Shown here: in pieces, positions 13,638 to 26,163 of the stretch | Numbering within the stretch: the first letter of the stretch is position 1 | How the letters are laid out: each line of letters opens with the position of its first letter | Assembly (NCBI GenBank): GCA_031835245.2 | Contig: JAVKOQ020000013.1 | Coordinates: forward strand, 62,001-126,000 | Direction of reading: 5' to 3' | From: Balamuthia mandrillaris | Lineage: Eukaryota | Length of the DNA stretch: 64,000 nucleotides | Notes under the pieces: generated by a model | What the model was told of the DNA's origin: nothing | Databases searched by the model: none | The model's input: the letters and a program-made list of their open reading frames with translations, nothing else | Translations under genes and position numbers: made by a program

Positions 13638-16553
13638 TCACCCTTTCTTTTCTTTAACAGGGTCCTTGCAAAATCGATGAAACCCTTTCTTGATGGCCTT
13701 GCGCGTCTTCTTGGGACCACGCACGCTCAGCAACATAGGCCGCACGTGAACGAGCCTCGTTAAGTTGTTGCAGTACAGAAACTCCACCGCCCATTCGAAT
13801 CTGAACCCACCATAGCGAGCCTCTGCGTCTGGTGCTGCCTCCTCCACTTTTCTGTGCGTGATGGAGATGGCGCCTGACCGCTCAAACTCTATAAAAACTT
13901 GCCATGCGTTCCTATGGTTGTATTGGTCAGCACAAATATGACACAGAGAAGAAGAAGGAGATAATGAACAAGAAGAACAAGAATAAGAAGAACGAAGAAT
14001 GAAGAACGAAGAATGAAGAACGAAGAACGAAGAACGAAGAAGATGACGAAGAAGATGGTGAAGAGAATAAAGAAATACAATGGCTACTGTACCTGACAGA
14101 GTTGAAGGAGAAAGGATTAAGCGCTGTTTTTAGGCTAGTGACAGAAGGGGCGATGAGCGCTTGGGTGGTACCCTTGATAAGCTGTAACAGTGCACATTCT
14201 TCCCCTATTACCCCCTCAAACAACTCTTGCAAACCTGTTGGATCTACCGAGTACAAATGTTAGCTTCGTGACTACCCAAACAAGTATGTACAAACCCAAC
14301 AAGTCTTGGTCGGAGGCGACGTGGGCATGTAGGTGAGTGGCAATGTCCTTCCGTAAAGTTCCTATATTCATCTGCATAGCCAACGTATCCAATATGAGCT
14401 TGACGCACTCCACTTTGCTCATATCCTCTGAGAAAGGACCGCAAACGATCTGTTTGTCCGCTGAGATTTGAAACTTTTTTGCCAACCGAGCAAAGTCTTT
14501 GGTTTGGTCCAGAGTCAGCTAAAGAAAAATACATCTACCAAAGGGCGACAGCATACACACCTTGGTGACAACAGAGAGAGGAGAGAGGACGCTTGATGAT
14601 CGGGGAACTAAGTTGCCAAAGCTGAGAACCCTCCTTATGCATGCTTGACGTTATTTTATCTTTGTTCTCCAATACTTGCTTGACCTCAAACTCCTCCAAC
14701 AAAAAAGCTATGAACATGTCTTTCTCCTGTTCGGTTGCCGTTTTTGGCAAACCTACCAATTCCACCATATCCTTTGTTTTTAAACATTAGTTTGAGTGCT
14801 TTCCCTCACTTAACTTTTTTAAAAGAGGAGGGGAGAAAGAAGGGAACGAAGAGGAGGGGGAGGAAGAAGAAAACAAAGAAGAAAAAAAACAACGCACCCG
14901 CAAAAGAATATCTACATCAAGAGTGGAGTATGTGGTAGAATGAATAAAGGTTGAAATGGCAACAGCGGGGGGCAGAGGCAACTTTTCCTCCTGTTCTTCT
15001 TCCTCGTCTTTTTTCTTTTCTTTTTTGGGTTCTTTGTCTTGCTCCTCGTTTCCTGTGATGAGGGAACCCTTGTTTAGGCTGATACTTCCATTACTGGCAG
15101 TGGGTGCTGGCGAAGATTCTTCTAACGAAGGCATCGACGATCTAAGAGGGAGATTGACATCTTCCTCTTCCTTCTTTCCGTCAGGTGTTGGCGAGGCGGA
15201 ACACTGCGGGTCTGCGGCTCTATCTCGTTCGCTTTCGTTGTCTTTCGACGTGAGCACAGGCAGAGAGCCAGTAGATTTTGAGCGATTGCTCTTGTGGAGG
15301 AACTTGGGGTGTCTTCTACTCGCTGAAACTCCATCCGCTTCTGTCAAGGCGCGCGAGGGGGTGGATTTACCACCAGCACTACTCCTTATTCCTGCAGAGG
15401 CTACCGCCAAAGCGCTTGGCTCTTCATTTTCCTCTTTTTTCGTGTTCACGTTTTTGCGTTTTGCTTTTGACGTTTCCTTATTCCATTGCAATTCTTTGGT
15501 TGATGTGCCGTCTCGTTCCTGCTCTTTAGCTTCATTGTTGTTGTCTTTGTATTTGGTGCCTCCTTTTTGCTGCCGCTCTGTTGGTGTGGCATCCTCTGAG
15601 TGTTGGTTCGTTGTGGGTGTTATGGCAGTGGTCATGTGCTGGCGTGTGGAACTGTTGGCAGCGATGTTAGATGAAGAAGAGATAGGCGCAGAAGGTGGAG
15701 TGGTTTGAGATTTGTTGATGTTTGCTTCGAGACGAAGCCTTAGGGTATGTTTGACGATGGCCAAGTCGCTGGGCTGAAGGCCTTTCAGGCGGTTGAGGGC
15801 ATTGACTCGCCCTTTTCTGAGCTTCTTGTTGGTGCTGAGTTGGCAATAAAAGTCCATTATCATATTCGGTCGGTCTTCCTCTTTATCACTTTTCTCTTGT
15901 TGTTGGGGTTGCTGTGGTGGTTGCTGCTGCTCGTTTTCCGTCTCACCCTCTCTTTCAGCTGAACGGCCGGAGCCTTTCCTTCCTTCATGCGCATGCGTGG
16001 ATGGTACTGCTTCTCTTCCTCCTTTGCCTCCCTCTCCTTTTCCTCCTTCTGTTTGCTTCGCCTTGCGAATAGCATCTTCGAGACAGTCTTTGCTGCGGCC
16101 TCTGCTTTTACTCCGCTTGCTGACCTGTTTGCGGCCGCCTCCCGTCGTGCTCTCGATGCTGCGGGAGCGGCTCTGCCGGGCCGCCGCTAGCTCCGAGCTG
16201 GTCATCTGCGAGCTCTTGCTCTTCTTGAATTTCTGCCGTTGCTCCCCCTGTCTTCGCACCGCCTTGGCAAACAAGCCCCTCTGCTCCACTAGCGCCGCTG
16301 CTGCCGCTGCTGCGGCCGCTTCGGATGAAGAGGAGTCTACCGGAGGAGGGAGGTGAGGAGATGGTGGCGGAGGGGGAGGGACGTCGGTGGTGGTAGTGGT
16401 CACTTGCGGCAGCGCAGCTGCTACCAAGGAGAGCAATGAAAGGTCCGCCTCGGCCTCTTTCTCGTCCTCTTCCTGTTTCTCCTCCTCCTCCTCCCTTTTT
16501 GCTGTTACGAGGGGCAGCGGATTCTCTGGCAGGGTTGGCTGGTCCTCCTCCAT
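13638..16553 (-). CDS. Hypothetical protein: long low-complexity N-terminus and a folded C-terminal domain reminiscent of the amoebozoan GflB-like C-terminal domain
   Basis: ATG at 16553 after an A-rich leader (MEEDQPTLPENP). Large first exon in ORF 14787..16655, then spliced exons giving ...NSVRNAWQVFIEFERSGAISITHRKVEE...GGFRFEWAVEFLY...; stop at 13638. The domain similarity is from memory only. Confidence 0.6.
13945..14062. repeat. Intronic GAA / GAAGAAC-GAAGAAT short tandem repeat
   Basis: Tandem 3- and 7-nt units seen directly, inside an intron of the minus-strand gene. Confidence 0.8.
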
Positions 16554-16954
16554 TTTTTTTTTCTCCCAATGCAAACCTGGGCTGAAACTGACGACAAATT
16601 TAAAAAAGAGAGTTTCTACGCAATCGCAGCCACCACTTCCCCCAGACCTTGCCAAAGAAACCCTCCTCTTCCTCCTCCCAAATGTCTTTGCTTTTTTTTT
16701 TTTCTGTTTCTTTGCCTTGCGGTGATACCACCCTCCTCCTCTTCCTCCTTTGGCTTTCTTTCTTTTTTTCTTCCTTATTTGGTCTCAAAATCCTTCCAAC
16801 CTATTATTGTTGCTGCCATACTATGAGGTTAGCTCTTTCATCGATTTTATTTCGAAATTTTGGCGATTTCTAATTTTTTTTCGACATTTCGATTTTTATT
16901 GGAACTCAGACGGAAAAAGAGAGAGACCACTCCACCACAGCACAGCATAGCAGC

Positions 16955-17377
16955 ATGGATCCCCATTCGCAGGTAACGTTTTTTACCATCATGTAACCTA
17001 TGCGGCAGTCGTCCCCCTCACACATGCCTTCAAAAGATCTCAATGATCTCTCTATCATTCCATTGTGTTTTTTTTTTTCGTCACCTCTCCACTCTCTCTC
17101 ACTCCTCACTCCTCATACTACGCCCCAGGCAAACATAGACCAGGTGAAGGTGCTACACTTGGACCTCACCCTCCACGTTGACTTTGAAAAGAAGGTGATG
17201 GCTGGCAGTGCCCTCTACCGTTTCTTGGTGGTAGCTGAGCAGCCCGTTGAGCACGTTACCCTCGACACGAGGGACCTTACCATCCACCGAGCCGTGGAGG
17301 AAGGGTCTGGAAAAGAGCTCACAGTATGATCTTTCCTTCTCGTTCTCACTCTCTCTCTCTTCTCTTCTTTGGCTACT

Positions 17378-17424
<47 letters not shown>

Positions 17425-20008
17425 CCTTCTTGACGCTGCTTACCCGTCAAACTAAAGTTTGAGTTGGGAGAGGTGCACCCCGCCTTTGGCGCTGCCCTTC
17501 GCATCCAACTGGCAGAGCCCAAGAACAAAGGCACTGAATTCCAATTGCGTGTCTACTACGAGACCACTCCACAAAGTTCTGGTCTCCAGTGGCTTCCTCC
17601 CAGGTTTGCTTATGCTTCGCTCGTTCTCTTGTCCCTTCTCTCTCTCTCTCTCTCTTGTATCAACACCAAGACTCACCACTGTCTTGTTACATGGACAGCC
17701 AAACAGAAGGAAAGAAGCACCCTTACCTGTTCACCCAGTTCCAGGCCATCCACGCTCGTTCCGGAGTACCCTGCCAGGACACGCCCGCCATCAAGATGAC
17801 GTACAGCGGCCACCTTACAGTACCTCAGCCGCTGGTTGCGTTGATGAGCGCCATCTCACAAGGTTCTGACGAACTGCCCGACTCAAAGTCCACCACATAC
17901 CATTTCGAACAACCTGTCGCTATTCCTGTGAGTTATCCCTCTTGGTCCTCTTTATTCATGCTTTAACTTGTTAATCGTTTGTTTGCCATTACAGTCGTAT
18001 CTGTTGGCGTGGGTTGTAGGTGACTTGGTTTCTCGAGAGATTGGTCCTCGCTCTAAGTACGTTTCAAGTGCTCTTTTCTCTCCTTCTCCCTTGTACGTCA
18101 TTCCTGCCTTAATGCTCACTGTTGTGACGCCTCAAAAGAGTGTGGAGTGAACGAGAGAAGGTAGATGCTGGAGCGTATGAGTTTGCGGAAACGGAGGACT
18201 ACCTTAAGACCGCTGAAGAGCTGCTTACTCCTTACGAATGGGGCAGATACGATATCCTCTTGCTACCTGGAAGCTTTCCTTATGGTGGAATGGAGGTTTG
18301 ACTATTTTTACGTGTCACTAACCAAGGCCTGCTTAGCCAGTATACTGAAACATAATCCTTTGTTGGTATTCTTTTATGCTGATAGAATCCATGCCTTACC
18401 TTTGTGACACCAACCTTGTTGGCTGGCGATAGATCTCTTTCTAGCGTTGTTGCACACGAGATCAGTCACTCTTGGATGGGCAATCTAGTTGGATGCCACT
18501 CCTGGGAACACTTTTGGCTAAATGTTAGTAGGACCTAGTCCCTGCTAGTGTTCTGGCATTACTTACTTTACGTCTCGTACCATCTATTAGGAGGGTTTCA
18601 CTGTTTTCGTTGAACGCAAAATCATCGGCCGCATGTTTGGAGAGAAGCAACGCCACTTCAGCGCCATTATTGGATGGAAATCTCTTAAGGATTCTGTTGA
18701 CCATTATGGCACTGAACACCAACAATTCACCACCCTTATTCAAGAGTACGCTTCATTCACACTGTTTTCTCCTCTTTTCTCTCCTGTTCTTTTTGTATTT
18801 CTCGTCTAACTCATCCTCTTTTTCCTAGTCTGAAAGATATCGATCCTGATGATGTACATACCTTTTTTAAAAAATATCTGACTCCCCTTTCTAGCACAAA
18901 CTTATTCTTCTCTCTCTCTCTCTCTGTACTGTGATGCTAGGCATTCAGCTCAGTTGTACGTACCGTGATTCCTGCAATGTGGTTACACTATTATTAATTG
19001 TTACTTACTGTTTATTAAGCCCTATGAAAGAGGATTCCAGTTTTTGTTCTTCTTGGAGCAAACAGTTGGCGGAGCTGAAGTCTTTGAACCATTCTTCCGG
19101 GCTTACGTAAAGGAGGTTAGCACATATTGGCATTTTTTTTTTGGTCTCAATCCCACTTTCTAACCATTGTGCCGTATCTAGTTCTCCGGAAAAACTGTTG
19201 TGTCTGAAGAGTTCAAACTGTTCTTCCTCAACTATTTCCAAAACTTGAAGGACTTTGATCAAGACAAATTGAAACAAATCGATTGGGATGCGTGGTTCTG
19301 CCAACCAGGCATGCCTCCTGTCGACCTGTTGCCCATGTAAGTCTCTCTCTCTCTCTTCCTGATTTGCATAGTATGCTCAACCTCCTTTTTTTCTGTCTTC
19401 AGGTTCGACGCAACGTTGGCCGACGCCAGCAATGCTCTTGCCAAAAAATGGGCATCTGCAACGACCGCCGAAGAGGCGAAAGACGTGAGCTCTGATGATA
19501 TGAAGGGATGGAGCTCCAACCAAATAGGTACCTTTTTATCTGCCATCAATCTTGGTTTTATGCTCGGGATTAACCTTGCTTTTGTTTACAGTTATGTTCC
19601 TCGAAAAGTTGCAGTTGGGAGGCAAGCCACTTCCTCACGATGTGCTCAACCGCATGGACGAGCTGTACAACCTTACCCCTTCCACAAACTCGGAAATTCG
19701 CTTCAACTGGTATCAGCTGTGCCTTAGCGCTGGCCTTGATCGTATATATCCTTTGGTCGTCTCTTTCGTCACCGAACAAGGTACCATGCCACAATGAATT
19801 CTCTCCCCTCCTCTTTTTCTCGTCGCCAAGAAAACTTTAACCAATGTTTGTGTTTTTTGCAGGACGTATGAAGTTCGTGAGGCCGCTTTACAGGAGCTTA
19901 GCGAAAGCACCTGGTGGCGAGGAGTTGGCTCACTCCACCTTCTTGAAGCATCGCTCCTTCTATCACAACATTGCAGCCAAGATGGTGGCTAGGGACCTCG
20001 GCCTTTAA
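16955..20008 (+). CDS. LTA4H: Leukotriene A4 hydrolase-like M1 zinc aminopeptidase, multi-exon
   Basis: First exon MDPHSQ (16955-16972). Motifs: [40 protein letters not shown] (HEXXH), [54 protein letters not shown] stop at 20008. Confidence 0.95.
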
Positions 20009-20099
20009 CGCTCATCTTTCTCTCTCTTTTTTTTTTTGCTTTTGTGCGAAAGAGCGTCTCTTAAAAAAAATAACAAAACCCCCTAAGAGAAGAAACCAT

Positions 20100-21945
20100 T
20101 CATTTACGGAAGAACCTGGAGAAAGAGCCACGACCATCCTTGCATCTTCGCATGATGATTTCGAGGCCGCGCAGATGAGGCAGGTCCTCCTCTCTACCTT
20201 TCTCCGCCAAGTATCGCACCACATGAGCGTAGATGAGCTCCACTGGCGCCACCAAAAACTCACACTTGTCGTGACCGCAAGCCACGCAGCTGACCTCCAC
20301 CGTCCCTAACTTTATCTGCTCTTCTCCTCCTCCTGTGGTTGCTGCTGTTGATGATGACGATGGGGTTGATGTGGTGAATGAAACATCCTTTGGGGCAAAG
20401 GCCTGTATGCACTCCTCAAAGTAGGCGTTGGCGTAGCCGCAGTGCAGTATGCATACGGGTGACGACTCCAATGCTGATGTTGTGGGCTGCTTTTTCTTGT
20501 TGCTGGACCGTTGCGATTCCTCTCCGCTCTCCTCCTTGTTTCCTTCTCTGTTCCGTTTTGCTTCTTCCTGTTGCTGAGCCTTCACAAAGGCAGCCGCCTC
20601 AAAGCTTTCCTCCAGAGTGTATCTATGAACGGTGTGAGGAAGAGCGAGCGTGAGGGATGAGAAACTGAAGATTGCTTCGCTAACAAACCTTAACAAAAAT
20701 GTTTTTAACTTGTTCTTAAAGTCAAATGCCAAAAGTGAGGAAGAGGAAGACACACTAAGCCTTCCCCAACCGAGGTACCGTAGCACCACTGATAGCGCAA
20801 AGAGTTGTTCCAAAATTGCAGCATCTCCTTTCAGTCTGTGCGACGTTTTTATAGACGGTAAACATTAACCAAACATTAAGCAACGAACGAGAGAGAGAGC
20901 GTGTAAGAAACATACGCTGCGGTTTTGGAGGTGCTGCTAGCAGCTCGTACGGACTTTCGGAAAAAGTTTTGGTCGCTGATGGCAAAGCAGCGGCCAAGGT
21001 CATAGAGGAAACTGGTGGCAAAGGAAAGAGCAAACTCGTCTGACACTTTCTTGCGTGCGGTGGTGGCTTCCTCCGCGTTGCTCTGTTGAGAGAGCAAATG
21101 GCCAATAACTGGATAGAAATCGGTGGAGAGCGTCTCGGCACGAAGGAAGAGATACCTCTCCTCACCATCAAGCGTGACTTCACCTTTAGAGGGGTCACAA
21201 ATGAAGTTGGTAAAGAGAGCAGAGTAAGACTTGTTGGCGGCGGCCTTGCAGTCCTCCTGTAGGGCTATTTCGTCGGTGGTGGCTGTGGAGATGACCGCTG
21301 CGTTGTTCAACTTGGATTCTATTTGCCTGGGGAGATGCTTCTTTCCAAAGACAGGATAGTTGACGGGCACGCCCTTGCTTCTTCCCGCAATGAAGCTATC
21401 GCTCCTCTTGTTCTCGTGTCTGCCAGAGGGAGATGGTGAGGACGATGACGAGACAGAAGACAAGATAAGCTTGTCGCTCCGCATCAAAGCATCTTTGGCC
21501 TCGAGGTTGCAGTAACGAATGACCTGATGGAACTTGCCAGGAGGAAGGTTGTGTGCATTGCAGAAGGAACGGATGGCCTTCTCCACGCCGTCTGGACGGC
21601 AGAGAATTAGGGTACATACGGCATCGCCACGGCCTCTGCATTGAGGCTCCACCGCACACATATCCACGTTGAAGGCGGCTGCCGTCCAGCCGGATGCAAA
21701 TCCACACATGTAATGGCAGACAGAAAGACAGGAGTCGGCTCCTTCCAGCTGTTTGTATTTAAGCAAAGCAGGGTTGAGCTTGGGCACCGCTGATCCGCTT
21801 GTGAGCCAGCAGTGAGCCTCAAAGCTAAAGTCATTGCAGCTCTCAGCGTAAAAGTCCTTCAAGCTCATTTTACATTTATCTGATAGCTCTGGATTAGCTC
21901 CCCCTGAGTAACTGTGTGATGATGATAAAGAGTGTAAGCACTGCA

Positions 21946-21978
<33 letters not shown>

Positions 21979-24190
21979 GCAAGGGAGAGGGAGAGAGAGG
22001 GAGAGGTAGCGACAGAGAGAATGAAGAAATAGGAAGCGTACACAAAATAAATAGGACCCATAGCCCAACGATCCACAACGCTGTCAGTGCCGGTGTGCTT
22101 AGCAAAGGCACGGCAATGACTGCTACCACATACATAACCAAAATCGTAGAGCAGCTTCGCGGTGATCTCCTCTGATAGTTCCGCAAACAGGCTTAGATTC
22201 CGTTTCTTGAGCTCAAACTCTTGCTCCTCAGCTGATGTTGCTGAGTCGCTTGAAGAACTGCTCTTTCCTCCGCCGGTACGAGAAGAAGACTTATCAACAG
22301 ACCCGAAGCCAAAGCCGACAAGTACAGCCTCGCTCTGTTCGCGTTGAGCGTTGCTCTCCAGGTCTTTCTTTTTGAGGCCAAAGAAGCCGAAGTTTTCCCG
22401 CAATGAGGAAAAGAAGTCAACGGCCATGGAGCTTGCTCTCACCAATATAAGTCTTTCCTGACCATAGAGCCTTTCATGTGGATCCATAAACCTTGTGGGC
22501 TTTACAACAATAGTGCCTTTGTTTATTTTTAAAATGTAGGTTAGAGAGTGGTGAGAAGAGAGTTTTAATACAGCGCAACGGGAACTTTACACGAACCTTT
22601 CTCGGTTGAGCGAACACAGTTGCTAAAGTACTCGTCCACTATCCTCTCTGCTCTGTGGAAAAATGGTACGAGGTGTTCAGGTACGATAATGCTGTTTACT
22701 TCCAGCTTGGTGGCTTCAAGTTTACTGGTATCGATGGTTCGTTTCTTTCGCTTGGCTGTCTTTTTCTTTTTCTTGCTTGTTTGCTTACCTTGTGGCTTAC
22801 TGTTCTTGGAACGCTCTTCCTTTTTCTCTTTTTCCTTATTAGCCACCATCTTTCGAAGGTCTGCTCCTTCATTCTTGCTCGCTGCTCTTTTAGAGTGATT
22901 CACGTCGGGAGAGGAGGCCTCGTCTTCAGAGTAACAATCATTCGATGTCAGCTCGTCCGCAGTGGCGCTGTCATCTGCGTCTACTCCAGAGCCAACGACA
23001 GCTGAAGAGGAAGATTGTTGGCTGTCGCTACGATCGCTGCTGTCTTCATCCTCCTTTATCACTTCTCTGTAGAGTACACAGAATAAGCTCATATTAGATT
23101 CACAAATATGATCTGAAGGTGAAAGCGAGTTTTATGCAAACGTACTCTACAACGTTATTAACCCACATACTTGGTTGAGCTTTTAAGGAAAGCATGTACA
23201 AGGCATCCTATTGTTAAAGTTGGGGTTTGAGAGAGAGAAAGAGAGAAGCGCTAGGAGCAAGGAGTGAAGAGTGGAGAGAGGAGAGAAGCAGAGAAACAGA
23301 GGAGAGGAAGAACGCACTTCATCATCAATGTACTGAATATTGCTAAGAAAGTTTTGAACGTCTTTCAACCTTGGAAGGTCAAAAGGCCGACTCTGGCACT
23401 CCGTCACTATTTTCAAACGATCCGAAATCATAGACATAAACTCAAAGTTGATCATTCCGTTCTTTGTGTAAGGTTTGTTTCCCTCCATTATAAAAGTACA
23501 GTCCCGCAAGAACAATGCTTTTCATGTTCTTTGTTAATCGCTGTTATGGGAGAAGAAGAACAAGAAGAACTAGACTTACCAAAATATGGGATTTTGGGAA
23601 ATGGTCGCTTCTTGAACTCAGCGTAATAAGCGCTAAAGTTTTGCTGATTGACCATCAGCTCTTCCATTTCCGCAAAGCTCGTTTTCTCTTTCTCTGGTAA
23701 GATCTGCAAGCAAAGCACGAACCGAGTGAGAACGAGAAAGAACGAGAGAGAGACAGAGAGTAGCCTCACAGACCTCCCAAGCGGCTTTCAAACGTTGAAT
23801 GGAGCTATTATTTAGCGCAGACAACACTTGCATGAGAGAGTTGAAGTTATTGAGTTGAAGAAACCGGTGAGCAAGCTGAATGAACTTTTTGATAACCGAC
23901 ATTTGCTCCTTCACACCACTCGTCATTAGAATCTCCGTTACAACCCAGTAACTCACCTACAGAATAAGGTGCATAGGTATTAATAATGAATAAGATGGAT
24001 GGCAAAACAAGTGATTCCTACCTCATTGAAGCGAGTGATATAAGCAGAAATGTTTGGAGCGGTTAAGTGCTTGTCTCGTTTTTGCCAAGTTTGATTGAGA
24101 AACTCTCGAATGTGAATCTTGCTGAACAAATCAAACTCCAGCATTGTCATCTCTCTACATCCATCGTAAGGATAAGCACTGGAGCAAACG

Positions 24191-24227
<37 letters not shown>

Positions 24228-24943
24228 AGAAAAAACCTAGCGACGGCTATACAAGACATGTCAAGAAAATCCATAGCGGAGGTCTCGGGGCCAGCCGTCG
24301 TGGCTGCAGCTGGAGTGATATCAATTACAGAAGAGGAAGAAGTTCCGCTGGCCACCTGAGAGGCCATCGTTGTCTTTTTAGGTTTGGTTTTGCTGAGGTC
24401 GACCATGGTGGCAGAGTCACCGGGCATTCCCAGCATTCGCTCTCTCTCCTCTTCCTCCGCGTCCCCTCCTTCTCGAGCGTCACTGCTATAACGCCGCCCC
24501 AACAGCATGGGCAGAAAAGGGCTCTTTATGAAACCGTAGTTGGGTGTTGGTCCAACAGAGGCATTGCTCGCGGTGGAGGGCTGCACAGCTTTGAGGAATT
24601 GTAGTTTGAAGGTGTTGACAGCGATGGGTTTGTGTTTCTTTAAGGCGTTCAAGATCCGGTTGATGGAGGTCTTGCTGAAGTCTTGAGGGTAGGTGTTCCA
24701 CCACAACTTCATGAACTCCAGCATCCTGTTTGTTTGTTTGTTTTGTTATTTAGCGTCAAAGTTCCTGCATTAGTATCAGCACAACAAAAAAGAAGAGTAA
24801 GATCAGGTGAGCTCGATAAAGTACGAACCTGTCAGCATTATACTTTTTGGTTTCCTTCTCGCTGTTGCAAGCCACCTCGAACCTTTAGAACAAAAAAGAA
24901 TAAGACAAACCCATGAGAAAGAGAGAGCGTGCACGAGTCAGAG

Positions 24944-24990
<47 letters not shown>

Positions 24991-25358
24991 GAGACAGAGA
25001 CAGAGACAGAGACAGAGACAGAGACAGAGACAGAGACAGAGACAGAGACAGAGACAGAGACAGAGACAGAGAGAGACAGAGAGCAGAGAGCAGAGAGCAG
25101 AGAGCAGAGAGCAGAGAGCAGAACAGTACTGTTCAACCCAAATGGTAAACAGATCACACTCTTGCGGCTTAAAATGTGGGTATGTCAACAAGAAGGCCTC
25201 CATGTTTTCTGTTGAGAACGTTCAATGAGCAAAAGGCAGCAATGAAGACAAAAAGAAGAAGAAAGGAGAGGCAGGTCACCGTCATCCTTTGTGCAAACCA
25301 CGTTCCTAGCGAGCAGTTCAAAAGCCTGCCGCTTCCCCAGCGGCATTTCCGCCGTCAT
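20100..25358 (-). CDS. RasGEF (REM + CDC25) fused to two tandem XylR_N/V4R small-molecule sensor modules, multi-exon
   Basis: REM: MEAFLLTYPHF...LEFMKLWWNTYPQDF. CDC25: SYWVVTEIL...FIQLAHRFLQLNNFNSLMQVLSALNNSSIQRLKAAW...PKIPYF...FLRDCTFIMEGN...INFEFM. Module 1 (~21580-22690): ERLILVRASSMAVDFF...LLYDFG...GPIYFVYSG...SFEAHCW...VCHYMCGFASGW...VEPQCRGRGDAVC. Module 2 (~20230-21230): ERYLFLRAETLSTDFY...FLYDLG...LGWG...ESFEA...PVCILHCGYANAY...VEVSCVACGHDKCEFLVAP. Start (MTAEMPLGK) is inferred. Confidence 0.85.
24946..25120. repeat. Compound intronic microsatellite (GA)n-(GAGACA)n-(GAGCAGA)n
   Basis: Three adjacent unit types seen directly, within an intron of the RasGEF-V4R gene. Confidence 0.9.
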
Positions 25359-26163
25359 TCTTTTCCTCTCCGGTCTAGTACGTCGCACACAGGACCAAAC
25401 ACACAAAATTTAACAAACGAACGGAGGAGGCTTCTTTTCGGTACGCCGTCGTGCCCGATGGCCAAACCGGGGACTCCCTTTGCGTTATGCTCTATGGCTG
25501 TGTTTTATCTTATTCGCCTCCCTCAACCAAGGCGTCAATCCGACCGGGCGGAGAACAGGGAAAAAAAAAGGTGCCTCCTTGATTGCAGGAGGGAAAATTA
25601 TAATAATAAGCTTTGCGCGGTAATTAAACGTGTAGAGTTGCCCTCCTTCGTTTTCCCTTTGCCGGCTATCTAGCAAGGAAGGATGGGCTACCCCAGCTTC
25701 AGCAGCACACCAAGCAAAAAAAAAAAGCACACCACCACCCAACTTTCTTGTAGCAAAGAGGACAAGCAAGAACAGCAGGGGAGTAATTTTCCCTCAAAAG
25801 GAAAAAATGTTTCATCTAACAGATTGTCATTTGCCATATTTGGAATTAGACAAGGGAAAAGACACGAGAGTTGTCGACAAAAACTGTCCCTGGAGAAGAG
25901 AGGACAACCCAAACCAAAAAAAATAAATCATTGGCACCGCATCAGCGTTCTCTGCCTGCTGTGTGTGTGCGTGTGTGTCACATGGGTTTTCCCAAGAGTG
26001 ACAATCCCTGCTGTGTTGTGCTGTGCTGGGTGGAGAGGGGGAGGGGGGCACAGGAGGAAAAGAACGACAACCCTCCACTGGAAAGGAAGACAGAACCCCC
26101 CCAAAAACAAAAGAGGCGACTAAGTAGCAAGCGCTCTTGTAGCGGCAACGGAAGACGTCCGAC

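Noticed and set aside
24807..25228. RD/ET/RQ dipeptide-repeat ORFs
   Set aside because: Translations of an intronic microsatellite on both strands.
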